Shown in pieces: positions 18,638-27,594 of a stretch of DNA of 64,000 nucleotides. The stretch covers positions 32,573 through 96,572 of the forward strand of contig CAYJKV010000001.1 of assembly GCA_964371255.1 (NCBI GenBank), read 5' to 3'. The translations under genes were made by a program, and so were the position numbers. This DNA is from an uncultured Candidatus Saccharibacteria bacterium. Lineage in GTDB: Bacteria > Patescibacteriota > Andersenbacteria > UBA10190. The notes under the pieces are model-generated. The model was not told the origin of the DNA. It made no database searches and saw only the letters and a list, made by a program, of their open reading frames with translations. Position 1 is the first letter of the stretch. Every line of letters begins with the position of its first letter.

Positions 18638-19831
18638 ATGCGAGTTTATCTTGACCACGCGGCCACCACCGCTTGTGATAATGAGGTGATGCAAGCGATG
18701 CAGCCTTATTGGCAAACGAAGTTTGGTAACCCATCGTCGCCTTATGGTATGGGCGGGGAGGCGGAAGAGGCTTTGCAAACAGCCAGACAACAAGTGGCGG
18801 ATTTGATAGGGGGAAGTCGCGATGAAATTGTCTTCGTGGGAAGCGGGACAGCGAGCGATAACATGGCTGTCAAGGGGGTAGCGTTCAAGTGGCAAAATAA
18901 AGGACGACATATTATTACGACACAAATTGAGCATCCGGCCGTACTGGAAAGTTGTCGCTGGCTGAATAAACAGGGATTTGAAATAACGTATCTGCCGGTC
19001 GATGCGTGGGGGGTCGTGCAATTAAGTGAATTAAGAAAGGCGATCCGGGATGATACCATTTTAGTGTCGGTCATGCATGGTAATAATGAGGTCGGCTCCC
19101 TACAGCCGATTGAGCAGATTAGCAAAATCACGCGGGAAAAGGGAGTTTATCTGCACGTTGACGCAGTGCAAACGGGCGGCAGCGTACCGATCGACGTTAA
19201 AAAATTAGGAGTTGATTTGTTAAGTTTATCAGCCCATAAACTTTACGGGCCCAAGGGCGTGGGCGTGTTATATATCAGAAAGGGCGTAACTTTGGATCCA
19301 TGGCTGCATGGCGGCCAGCAGGAGAATCGGTGGCGTGCCTCGACACAAAATGTGCCGGGCATTGTCGGTTTTGGACGGGCGGCAGAATTGGCGCGGGAAA
19401 GAATGACGAAGGATTCGGTCCGGATGGCTACATTACGAGCTAAGCTGCAGAACGGCCTGGTCAGTCGCATACCAGATATTAAAATCAATGGCCATCCGAC
19501 GGACCGGGTGCCAAATAATTTGAATATTTCAGTGGTCGGGGTAGAGGGAGAAGGGATGGTATTATACTTAGATACGGCAGGGGTAATGTGTTCGACCGGT
19601 TCCGCGTGTTCATCGCACAATTTACAGCCATCACATGTTTTATTAGCGATGGGTTTAAAACATGAAGTAGCTCATGGTTCGTTACGGTTTACATTAGGGC
19701 GAGAAACAACGACTCAACAAATAGATTATGTGCTGGAAGTTTTACCGCCGATTGTGAGTAGGTTACGGTCTATGTCGCCATTGGTGCAGACGCAGGCCGG
19801 CCAACCGAAGATAATGGTCGGCGCTCACTAG
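18638..19831 (+). CDS. iscS: Cysteine desulfurase (IscS/NifS family).
   Basis: PLP-lysine motif SAHKLYGPKG; active-site loop SSGSACSS; 397 aa. Confidence 0.9.
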   Translation: MRVYLDHAATTACDNEVMQAMQPYWQTKFGNPSSPYGMGGEAEEALQTARQQVADLIGGSRDEIVFVGSGTASDNMAVKGVAFKWQNKGRHIITTQIEHPAVLESCRWLNKQGFEITYLPVDAWGVVQLSELRKAIRDDTILVSVMHGNNEVGSLQPIEQISKITREKGVYLHVDAVQTGGSVPIDVKKLGVDLLSLSAHKLYGPKGVGVLYIRKGVTLDPWLHGGQQENRWRASTQNVPGIVGFGRAAELARERMTKDSVRMATLRAKLQNGLVSRIPDIKINGHPTDRVPNNLNISVVGVEGEGMVLYLDTAGVMCSTGSACSSHNLQPSHVLLAMGLKHEVAHGSLRFTLGRETTTQQIDYVLEVLPPIVSRLRSMSPLVQTQAGQPKIMVGAH

Positions 19832-19876
19832 CTAAAAATTGCGTGTCAGGATAGTTGACTATTAAAATAGGCTCAT

Positions 19877-20254
19877 ATGCTTCAATACAGCGAAAAGGTC
19901 AAAGACCACTTAATGAATCCACGGAATGTAGGAACGATGGACGAACCCAGCGGGGTTGGGTCCGTTGGAAATCCAGTGTGCGGCGATATTATGGAAATGT
20001 ACCTGAAAGTAGAAAACGGTGTGATTACCGATGCTAAATTTCGCACGTTTGGTTGCGGCGCGGCGATTGCCACCAGCTCGATGGTGACAGAGCTGGTGAA
20101 GGGCAAAACGTTGGAAGAAGCGATGAATATTACGAAAGAAGTGCTAGTAAATGAGCTCGACGGTTTGCCACCGATTAAGACGCATTGCTCGGTGTTGGGG
20201 ATTGAGGCTTTACATAAAGCCATCGCTGATTATAAGGCTAAGAGTGTTGCTTGA
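19877..20254 (+). CDS. iscU: Fe-S cluster assembly scaffold (IscU/NifU N-terminal type).
   Basis: NPRNVG, CGD, FGCGAAIA and KTHCS motifs; 125 aa. Confidence 0.9.
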   Translation: MLQYSEKVKDHLMNPRNVGTMDEPSGVGSVGNPVCGDIMEMYLKVENGVITDAKFRTFGCGAAIATSSMVTELVKGKTLEEAMNITKEVLVNELDGLPPIKTHCSVLGIEALHKAIADYKAKSVA

Positions 20255-20318
20255 TTGACGATGACTTATTTGGTTCGGAACGCGGGACAGGTCAGGGCGA
20301 TCGTGTTAGAATAGTGTT

Positions 20319-20906
20319 ATGGAAAAAGGAACAAAGAAGTCGGTCCGTAAATGGAGCTTAACTTTTATTAGCGGTGCTTTCGCGGTGGCACTGGCGATGT
20401 TGTACGTTCTAGTATTACGCAGTGTCGCCGTGCAGCTCGAACAGCCACCACCACAAATGACGGAACCATATCCTGATATTAGTACAGAACAAAAGTGTGA
20501 GGAGATGGGTGGCCGCTGGGTGGCGATGCCGGAAGGTAAAGGTGTGGGGACGGAACAGATGGCAGTACCAGTGAGGGAGGGACAAACTATCAGCGCGTAT
20601 TGCCAGGGGCCGCTTAGATTTGAACGGGAAAGAGAAAAACAAATGGAAGATAGCCGACAAATGTCACTGTTTGTGTTCGCGGTGGGTGGGGCGATAGCGG
20701 TAGCGAGCAGTTTGCTGATCGTGCAGCTTAGACCGGTGGCGCCAGGATTAATGATGGGTGGCATCGCCTCGTTTTTTGTAGCTGGCATTCAGGTGTGGAT
20801 GCTGGCGCCGGGACTGGGCAGGCTGGCGACGATCGTGGTCATCTTTATTATATTGCTTGGGGTTGGGGTGTACGTTTTTCGCGAAAAGGAAGGCGAGGAA
20901 ATCTAG
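20319..20906 (+). CDS. Hypothetical membrane protein (N-terminal TM, two C-terminal TM).
   Basis: Hydrophobicity pattern only. Confidence 0.35.
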   Translation: MEKGTKKSVRKWSLTFISGAFAVALAMLYVLVLRSVAVQLEQPPPQMTEPYPDISTEQKCEEMGGRWVAMPEGKGVGTEQMAVPVREGQTISAYCQGPLRFEREREKQMEDSRQMSLFVFAVGGAIAVASSLLIVQLRPVAPGLMMGGIASFFVAGIQVWMLAPGLGRLATIVVIFIILLGVGVYVFREKEGEEI

Positions 20907-21076
20907 CCTTGAGACGGCATGGCGGCTACCAAAACCTTGACTGGTTTGGCGGCCGGTTTGTTTATAACAATTAGGGGGGGTATTGAAGAGAAGGTGTGAT
21001 AGCTAGGGATGAGTGAGTTGAATAAATATATATGATATGGTAATACTTGATATGATATATCTGGTATAATGTTTTT

Positions 21077-21838
21077 ATGGCCAAAGACCTTTATATATAC
21101 ACGAGCGCAGAGAAACAATGGGGACGGGTACGACCGCTGAGGGGCTGGACGGAACGGAAGGTATTAGCGTTCTCGCCCCACGCTGATGATTTAAGTATTG
21201 CGGCTGGCGGATTCTTGCATCTACTGGGCAAGCAAAATGACGTGCAGCCGGTATTAGGTTTTACGGGATGGCGGGGAGTAGGTAATGGTCTAACCAAGAA
21301 TGAAGCGACCGTCTGGCGGGAGAAGGAAATGACAGCCGAGGCGCAATTGTTAGGCATTAAACCGCCAGTATTTTTGAGACTGTTGTCATATGAAAATACA
21401 ATGGAGGAGGATATTAATAAGGACAGGGCGACGGTGAAGGAACTAATTGATCAAGAGCAACCAGACATAATCTTTTTGCCGAGCAAGGATGACAGCCAAC
21501 CGCGGCATAGTCTGCTGACAAAATTAATCTGGCAGGCAGTAGAGAAAAGCTCTGCACCAGCGACCCTCGTTTATTATGAAACGCCCTGGTCGTTATTCGC
21601 GGCCGATCGGATTGATTTACTGGTACCGCTTGATCAGGCAGTAATGACGCGGAAAATAAAGGCGATAAAAGCGCACGCATCGCAGTTAGCGCGGACGAAT
21701 TTTGTGAAGATTAGCCAGACGATGCTGGAATACCGTGCGCTGACGGTACCGGAACAACTGGTGAGTGGTTTTGGTTCGCAGAATGATTTTGGGCAATGGA
21801 TGGAGGTTTATGCTATGGAGCGCTATAAAGAAGAATGA
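21077..21838 (+). CDS. PIG-L/LmbE-family N-acetylglucosaminyl deacetylase.
   Basis: FSPHADDLSIAAGG (HxDD zinc-binding motif of the LmbE family). Confidence 0.7.
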   Translation: MAKDLYIYTSAEKQWGRVRPLRGWTERKVLAFSPHADDLSIAAGGFLHLLGKQNDVQPVLGFTGWRGVGNGLTKNEATVWREKEMTAEAQLLGIKPPVFLRLLSYENTMEEDINKDRATVKELIDQEQPDIIFLPSKDDSQPRHSLLTKLIWQAVEKSSAPATLVYYETPWSLFAADRIDLLVPLDQAVMTRKIKAIKAHASQLARTNFVKISQTMLEYRALTVPEQLVSGFGSQNDFGQWMEVYAMERYKEE

Positions 21839-22584
21839 TGGGCATAGAAAGAATTGTAGTGGATGATTATGAGGAATTGTCCAAACAAGCGGCCAAGCTA
21901 GTCGCGCAGAGAATAAAAGAAAAGCCGACGCTGGTTTTAGGATTAGCGACTGGCTCGACACCAATTGGTTTGTATGAACGATTGGTGGCGATGTATCGCC
22001 AAGGTGAAATTGATTGGTCGCAAGTAACGACTTTTAACCTGGATGAGTATTGCGGGTTAGAGACCAGCCATCCGCAAAGTTACCGATATTTTATGGATGA
22101 ACATTTGTTCAGCCGGGTGAATATTGATCGTGGAAGGACTAATTTTCCCAGCGAAAGAAAGGTTGCAGGTTATGAACGGGCAATCAAGGAGGCCGGCGGC
22201 ATTGATCTGCAAATACTAGGCATCGGGCGGAATGGGCACATAGGTTTTAATGAACCAGGGTCGCAGTTTGATTCGCAAACGCGCGTGGTGGAGCTAACCG
22301 AGACGACGATTCAGGACAATGCACGGTTTTTTGTGCGGAGAGATGAGGTGCCAAGAAAAGCGGTAACTATGGGTTTAGAGACTATTATGGAGTCCCGGGA
22401 AATATTATTGCTAGCCAGCGGTGCCAATAAGGCGGAGGTGGTGCAGAGAATGTTGTCTCAAAAGCCGTCCTGGGATGTACCGGCTTCGGTATTGCAAGGA
22501 CATAATAAGGTGATAATAATGACAGATAGAGAAGCGGCAGGGACAATCGCCCCGGATCACCAATTGCCCATGACCAAACATTGA
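21835..22584 (+). CDS. nagB: Glucosamine-6-phosphate deaminase.
   Basis: LGLATGSTP and LGIGRNGHIGFNEPGS signatures. 4-nt overlap with the deacetylase gene. Confidence 0.8.
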   Translation: MMGIERIVVDDYEELSKQAAKLVAQRIKEKPTLVLGLATGSTPIGLYERLVAMYRQGEIDWSQVTTFNLDEYCGLETSHPQSYRYFMDEHLFSRVNIDRGRTNFPSERKVAGYERAIKEAGGIDLQILGIGRNGHIGFNEPGSQFDSQTRVVELTETTIQDNARFFVRRDEVPRKAVTMGLETIMESREILLLASGANKAEVVQRMLSQKPSWDVPASVLQGHNKVIIMTDREAAGTIAPDHQLPMTKH

Positions 22585-22632
22585 CTAAGTCGTAAGGTCA
22601 AAAACCCTAACCATAAACAGGTATTAAAACAA

Positions 22633-22953
22633 ATGGAGCAAAGAGAAGATAAGAGAAATTTATTTAAAATTGCCTTCTTACAGGCGGTTGGCTTAATCGG
22701 ATATTGTGGATTAGTGGCGCTGATATTTTTAGATGGCAATGATTGGGTTGGACCGATGAGTTGGTGGGGCCCGCTGCTTTTTCTGGTGTTATTTGTGGTG
22801 TCAGCCTTGGTCTCAGCCTTAATCACGTTGGGTTATACGGTCTATTTGATTTGGGACAAGAAACAAGTTAAAGAAGGACTAATGCTGACAGTTTATACAG
22901 CCGGGTACTTGCTGATTTTTGTGGTTGGTGTAATTGTGGTGATGGCAAACTGA
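22633..22953 (+). CDS. Small membrane protein (106 aa, 3 TM).
   Basis: Hydrophobicity pattern only. Confidence 0.35.
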   Translation: MEQREDKRNLFKIAFLQAVGLIGYCGLVALIFLDGNDWVGPMSWWGPLLFLVLFVVSALVSALITLGYTVYLIWDKKQVKEGLMLTVYTAGYLLIFVVGVIVVMAN

Positions 22954-23103
22954 CTGATAAAGACATGGCTCGGGGGTTAGGTGGTGATATAGGAGATGCG
23001 CTTAAGACTATCTGTAATTTGTTAATGATGAATGACAATTGCAGTTTTATTTTTGTATACGCCTGGCATAAGATTGAAGAATAGAGAAAGGAGGTGACTG
23101 AAT

Positions 23104-23355
23104 ATGAAAGCAGTGCATGTGATAAGTTTTGTGCTAGTGGTGGTGGGAGCAATCAATTGGGGCTTAGTTGGCCTATTCAATTTTAATCTGGTGGCATTGG
23201 TGTTGGGTAGTGTGACTTGGTTGGAAAGGTTGATTTACGTGCTTGTAGGTGTGGCAGGAGTGATTCTAATAGCCACGCATAAAAGTTCATGCAAGGAGTG
23301 TGCCGGGAGAGATGTGGTAAAACCCTCGACTCCGACAGTGGAGCAGGCAGTCTAA
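23104..23355 (+). CDS. DUF378-family small membrane protein.
   Basis: VGAINWGLVGLFNFNLV pattern; strong SD AGGAGGTG 8 nt upstream. Confidence 0.55.
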   Translation: MKAVHVISFVLVVVGAINWGLVGLFNFNLVALVLGSVTWLERLIYVLVGVAGVILIATHKSSCKECAGRDVVKPSTPTVEQAV

Positions 23356-23441
23356 GAGGGGGAGAAGGAAAAGGGTGATTGTAACAGATGGCCGGTGTTT
23401 TTTAGTATGGATGGTAAATTAGAGAATAAAACTGTTAATTA

Positions 23442-23825
23442 ATGCAATTTATTATAATTATGATGAGATATAATATAACGCAACTGGCGATCAATTGGCT
23501 GGTAGCTACCTTGGCGATTGTCATTTCGACATATTTGGTACCGGCTGTGCAGGTGTCGGGATTATGGGCTGCCTTAGTGACTGCGTTGGTGCTGGGAATA
23601 ATTAACGCCTGCCTGCGACCATTATTGCTGGTGCTGACATTGCCGATCAATGTTTTAACGCTGGGACTTTTTACGTTAGTGATTAATGCCGCGTTGATAA
23701 TGCTAACGAGTGCACTGGTACAAGGTTTTTACGTGCCTGGTTTTTGGTGGGCATTATTCTTCAGTGTGGTGTTGATGCTGGTAAATATGGGGCTGCATTT
23801 GCTGGAGCATGGCAGAAACCTCTAA
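23442..23825 (+). CDS. Phage-holin-family-IV-like 4-TM membrane protein.
   Basis: 127 aa, 4 TM; GLWAALVTALVLGIINACLRPLL motif resembles the family-4 holin superfamily. Confidence 0.5.
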   Translation: MQFIIIMMRYNITQLAINWLVATLAIVISTYLVPAVQVSGLWAALVTALVLGIINACLRPLLLVLTLPINVLTLGLFTLVINAALIMLTSALVQGFYVPGFWWALFFSVVLMLVNMGLHLLEHGRNL

Positions 23826-23872
23826 TAGGGGTGGACAACCAGAAGAAGGTGCCGGCAGGGATGTTTATTTAA

Positions 23873-24613
23873 TCAAGGACTATCAGTAGAAGTGGAAAAT
23901 AGAATATTCAGTGGGTTTAGCCAGGCGGACAAGTCGGCCTGTTTGGGAACATACCCGCGCAGGTCAAGTTTAGTGCCAACAAGAATAGCGAGATGTAAGT
24001 GTTTTCTCTCGCCATCTGTGGCGTCGCTCTTATCCTGTCCCAGGTAACCGATGGTTTCACCAGCAGCGACGGGATTATTTTCTTTAATTAACCGCGCCGG
24101 ATCAAGATGGCCATAGATACCGAGATGCGGCTGGTTGTTGATGATATGTTCAATAACTACCACACCACCATAGCCGTTAGAGCGTCGAGCGGACCGGACT
24201 GTGCCAGCGGTAATGGATCTGACTGGTACATCGGCGGTGATATCCGTGTACTCGGCATCGGCGCCAGTGTGATAACCAGTAAATCTCTCCGGCTGAACAG
24301 GTGAGTTTTTGGGATCAATATAAATCCCAAAAGGTTTTTTGGTGACACGCCGCACAAAGTTTTCGACTGGTTCAACGAAAGATTCCGATGGCAGGGCGGG
24401 AGCAGGGGAGATGGATGACGGGGAAGGTGTGTTGAGAAGGGGTGAAGACGGTGAAAAGGGAGATTGGCTTAGGTAAGGTTCAGACGGGGGAAAAGAGTTT
24501 TCAGTAGTGGCTATGAATTCCGGGGCGTTTTGTTTCGGCCAGATAAGGAAGGCGCTGGCAAGGACTAGAATGCCAATGATGGCAAGGAGGGGAGAGGCTT
24601 TGAATAGGGGCAT
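23873..24613 (-). CDS. M23 (LytM) family metallopeptidase with an N-terminal anchor and a Pro/Ser-rich linker.
   Basis: HTGADAEY...D ... HLHLAI (HxxxD / HxH M23 motifs). Confidence 0.75.
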   Translation of the reverse strand: MPLFKASPLLAIIGILVLASAFLIWPKQNAPEFIATTENSFPPSEPYLSQSPFSPSSPLLNTPSPSSISPAPALPSESFVEPVENFVRRVTKKPFGIYIDPKNSPVQPERFTGYHTGADAEYTDITADVPVRSITAGTVRSARRSNGYGGVVVIEHIINNQPHLGIYGHLDPARLIKENNPVAAGETIGYLGQDKSDATDGERKHLHLAILVGTKLDLRGYVPKQADLSAWLNPLNILFSTSTDSP

Positions 24614-24774
24614 AGATAGTTAATTAATACTATCAGAATACAGTTAATCTCTTAAAGTTGTTTCATGATGTTCTCCAGGGGCCTAATACTTATTGTTTAA
24701 AATCTTTTTCATTAAATTATGATTTGAAAGTTATGCAATATTATTGACAGTAGAAAACGTGGTTGGTAAGCTTG

Positions 24775-24960
24775 GTTTACTGTTAGTCAGCGATGGCTGA
24801 CGAGACAAGAATGAATTTTAAAAATTTGTCATTAGTTTGGTGAAGCGGGTGTAAATCCCGCGCTGTGCCGCAACGGTGTTCCAGCCAAAAAGCTGGTCAG
24901 TCCGATCCTAAATTAATGGAGAGAGTGCTTCCGAGCAGGAGTTAAGAGTGATCAGTAAGA
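24775..24960 (+). promoter_or_regulatory. Cobalamin (B12) riboswitch aptamer.
   Basis: Core GGTGAAGCGGGTGTAAATCCCGCGCTGTGCCGCAACGGTG matches the conserved GGTG..AA.TCC...GC.G.CCCGCaAC.GT cobalamin core. Followed by agccaaaaagctgg and a terminator. Downstream genes are B12-related. Confidence 0.6.
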
Positions 24961-24961
24961 C

Positions 24962-24991
24962 TTCCAGGCTCGGTTAGCAGGAAGTTTTTTT
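24962..24991 (+). terminator. Riboswitch expression-platform terminator (acttcc/ggaagt stem followed by T7).
   Basis: Hairpin plus ttttttt immediately before the DUF4430 gene start. Confidence 0.45.
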
Positions 24992-24992
24992 A

Positions 24993-25547
24993 TTGACTAA
25001 TGATATGAAGATTGAAGTATTGAGTAAGCTACTTAAGGCCAAGACCGAATTGATCATCTTGGCGATATTGGTCCCGCTAGTGTTAACGCTGGGCGTGATA
25101 TTGGCGAAGTGGTCTACGTGGCAGGAGATAGGTGTGCCGGCACCGTCGACGACATCGCCAGGGTTAGAAGAAAATCAAGGGAGCGCGGCGGTGGAGAAAA
25201 CAATAACGTCGATGGAGTCGGAGGTAGCCAAGCAGGCAGTCTCTTTGGCAGTGGAAAACGGCGCGGACAAGACCACGGTACTGGTGCCGGTGGCGGGAAC
25301 CGCGTCGGTGGCAGAGGTGCTGCAGACAGCAGTGGCGGAGAACAAAATAACGATGGAGTATAAAGATTATGGCGCGGCGATGGGCATATTGATTGAATCG
25401 ATAAATAATATTGCGAACAATAGCGGACAGAAACGGTATTGGTACTTATACGTGAATGGTCAGCTATCACCGGTGGGAGCAAGCCAAGCACAAGTTGAAG
25501 CTGGTGATGTCATAACCTGGAAGTATGAAGAGGAGAAAGATGAGTAA
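24993..25547 (+). CDS. DUF4430-domain protein (transcobalamin beta-domain-like) with an N-terminal membrane anchor. Probable start is the ATG at 25005.
   Basis: C-terminal GQKRYWYLYVNGQLSPVGASQAQVEAGDVITWKY matches the DUF4430 signature (W.Y.VNG...G.....GD.I.W.Y). Confidence 0.7.
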   Translation: MTNDMKIEVLSKLLKAKTELIILAILVPLVLTLGVILAKWSTWQEIGVPAPSTTSPGLEENQGSAAVEKTITSMESEVAKQAVSLAVENGADKTTVLVPVAGTASVAEVLQTAVAENKITMEYKDYGAAMGILIESINNIANNSGQKRYWYLYVNGQLSPVGASQAQVEAGDVITWKYEEEKDE

Positions 25548-27594
25548 AAACAAGAAAAAATGGCTGGGAAGCGTTGGGGCGATAACGTTAATAGTGGGTT
25601 TTGGTTTGCTAGCTGGCCAGATGGTGGCAGGGGCGACAGAGGGGACCAAAGTTCAGATGAGGGTGGAAGGGCAGACAGAACGCTTGTTTGAAGGAGAAGT
25701 GACGATCGGAGATTGCATTGCACAGGATGATGGTGGCACGGAACATTCGTTGTCGGGGGTGGCACTATGCGGGTTGGTTGACATGGCAAATAGCGAATCC
25801 ATGGCGCTTAGTTTGCAGGACTTTGGCTTTGGATTATTTGTGGCTGGCATAGGCAGTGATATCACACCGGCGGATTGGTCAAGAAGCTGGTCATTTTGGG
25901 TTAATGAGGAACCAGCCGCGGTCGGGGCAGATACGTACCCAGTCATGGAGGGGGATGAGATATTATTCGCTTTCAGCGGATACCCGACTGTACCTTTGCG
26001 GGTAACTGCGCCGGAGCAGGTGGCGGCAGGCGTGCCGTTTACGGTGGCCGTCGAGAAAAAAATCGGTGAGTATGATGCCAACTATAATTGGCTGGGACAG
26101 TGGGTGCCGGCTAGCACGATCCGGTTATGGATAGGTGATAATGAAGCGGTAATTGATGAAGAAGGGAAAGCGACGGTGAAGATAGATAGTCCGGGAATAG
26201 TTGATTTATGGGCGGAAGGTGACGGTTTAGTAAGAAGCGCGCGCCGGCCAGTTATAGTGGAAGAGGGGCAAGAAACAGTAGGGCCGACAAATACGCCTGC
26301 ACCGACAATTTCTCCACTAGTATCTCCGATAGTAAGTCCGACGATAAGTCCGACACCCTCTAGTAGTGTGACACCAGAGCCGGTGATAACGGTAGCGCCG
26401 CCCAGTCCGACGCCAGCAGGCGGTAAGCTGCTGATTGACGAAGAACGAAAGAGAGCGGCGAGGGCAGCAATTAACTATCTAAGCAGCCAGCAGGGCGCGG
26501 ATGGAAAAATTGAAGGTGATCTGGTAACAGCTTGGAGCGCGATCGCTTTTGCCGCAGATGGACAGCGGGGAGACACTGTTAAAGGGCCAGGCGGGTCTTT
26601 GTGGGCTGGATTAGCGGCGGCCGAATTATCCAGTGCCACCGATATCGAAAGACAGATAATGGCGGTGGCAGCGACCGGTGGCAATCCGCGAGATTGGCAA
26701 GGCAGAAATCTGGTTCAGGAACTGAGGGGGTATTTCATTGGAGGACAGGTAGGAGAGGTGACTATTATTAACGATGATATTTTTGGAGTGTTAGCCTGGT
26801 TGGCGGCTGGTGAACCGGTTGACTCGAGTGAAGTAGAGCAGACAATAAGAACGGTTATAGCCAATCGGGACGATAATGGAGCGTGGGGGTCCATTGATTT
26901 GACGGCAGCGGCGGTGCAAGGTTTACGGGAATACGCGAAGCGAGGCGGATTGATCAACGTAAATCCAGTGATTGAAGAAGCACGGTCATATTTGCGAAAC
27001 CACCAGGACGAATACGGGGGATGGGGGAAAAACTTAGCTAGTACAGCCTGGGGCATACAAGCTGTCGTGTCATTAGGAGAGAACCCGGCAGAGTGGCCAA
27101 ATCCGGAGGGAAAAACAGGCTGGCAAGCGTTGGCACGATACCAAAATGATAACGGTGGTTTTGGCTGGCAAGCGAATCAAGATGTCTCCAGCTTTATGAC
27201 GGCTTACGCGGTGCCGGCTCTGTTAGGGAAGTCATGGCCCATAACACCGGAGCAGGCGATAGAAAGTGAGACAAGCCTTGATGAAACAACAGAAGTAGGA
27301 TTGAAGGCGGTCCCCACAACCGCAATCGTCACTGCTTTGCCACTTAATCCAATGGTGGCTGGGATTCAAGCAGGAGACGAAGGTGAAATAAGCGGGCCAG
27401 GCGAAGTAGGTACGAGGGAAGAAACAGTTCAAGCTGACAGTAGCGCACAGACCGAGCGTGGGCCTGGCGACAGGGAGGTTGTGAATAAATTTATTCAACC
27501 AAATGAGCGTGATTGGCAATTCGTTTTTTCCGTGTTCAGTCTGGCTAATATTGGGATTGGTGTTACAGTAGCTAGATTGTTTATAAAGATATGA
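25525..27594 (+). CDS. Surface-anchored multidomain protein: signal/TM, DUF4430-like domain, P/S/T linker, prenyltransferase/squalene-cyclase-like alpha/alpha-toroid repeats, C-terminal TM anchor.
   Basis: WSFWVNEEPAAVGADTYPVMEGDEILFAF (DUF4430-like). Repeats DDNGAWGS, DEYGGWGK, NDNGGFGW (QW/terpenoid-cyclase-type). Linker PTISPLVSPIVSPTISPTPS. C-terminal hydrophobic FVFSVFSLANIGIGVTVARLFI. Confidence 0.6.
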   Translation: MKRRKMSKNKKKWLGSVGAITLIVGFGLLAGQMVAGATEGTKVQMRVEGQTERLFEGEVTIGDCIAQDDGGTEHSLSGVALCGLVDMANSESMALSLQDFGFGLFVAGIGSDITPADWSRSWSFWVNEEPAAVGADTYPVMEGDEILFAFSGYPTVPLRVTAPEQVAAGVPFTVAVEKKIGEYDANYNWLGQWVPASTIRLWIGDNEAVIDEEGKATVKIDSPGIVDLWAEGDGLVRSARRPVIVEEGQETVGPTNTPAPTISPLVSPIVSPTISPTPSSSVTPEPVITVAPPSPTPAGGKLLIDEERKRAARAAINYLSSQQGADGKIEGDLVTAWSAIAFAADGQRGDTVKGPGGSLWAGLAAAELSSATDIERQIMAVAATGGNPRDWQGRNLVQELRGYFIGGQVGEVTIINDDIFGVLAWLAAGEPVDSSEVEQTIRTVIANRDDNGAWGSIDLTAAAVQGLREYAKRGGLINVNPVIEEARSYLRNHQDEYGGWGKNLASTAWGIQAVVSLGENPAEWPNPEGKTGWQALARYQNDNGGFGWQANQDVSSFMTAYAVPALLGKSWPITPEQAIESETSLDETTEVGLKAVPTTAIVTALPLNPMVAGIQAGDEGEISGPGEVGTREETVQADSSAQTERGPGDREVVNKFIQPNERDWQFVFSVFSLANIGIGVTVARLFIKI

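Noticed and set aside
25467-25789. Minus-strand ORFs (60 and 109 aa) at the DUF4430 / surface-protein junction.
   Set aside because: They are embedded antisense to two well-supported plus-strand genes, with P/S-rich translations.
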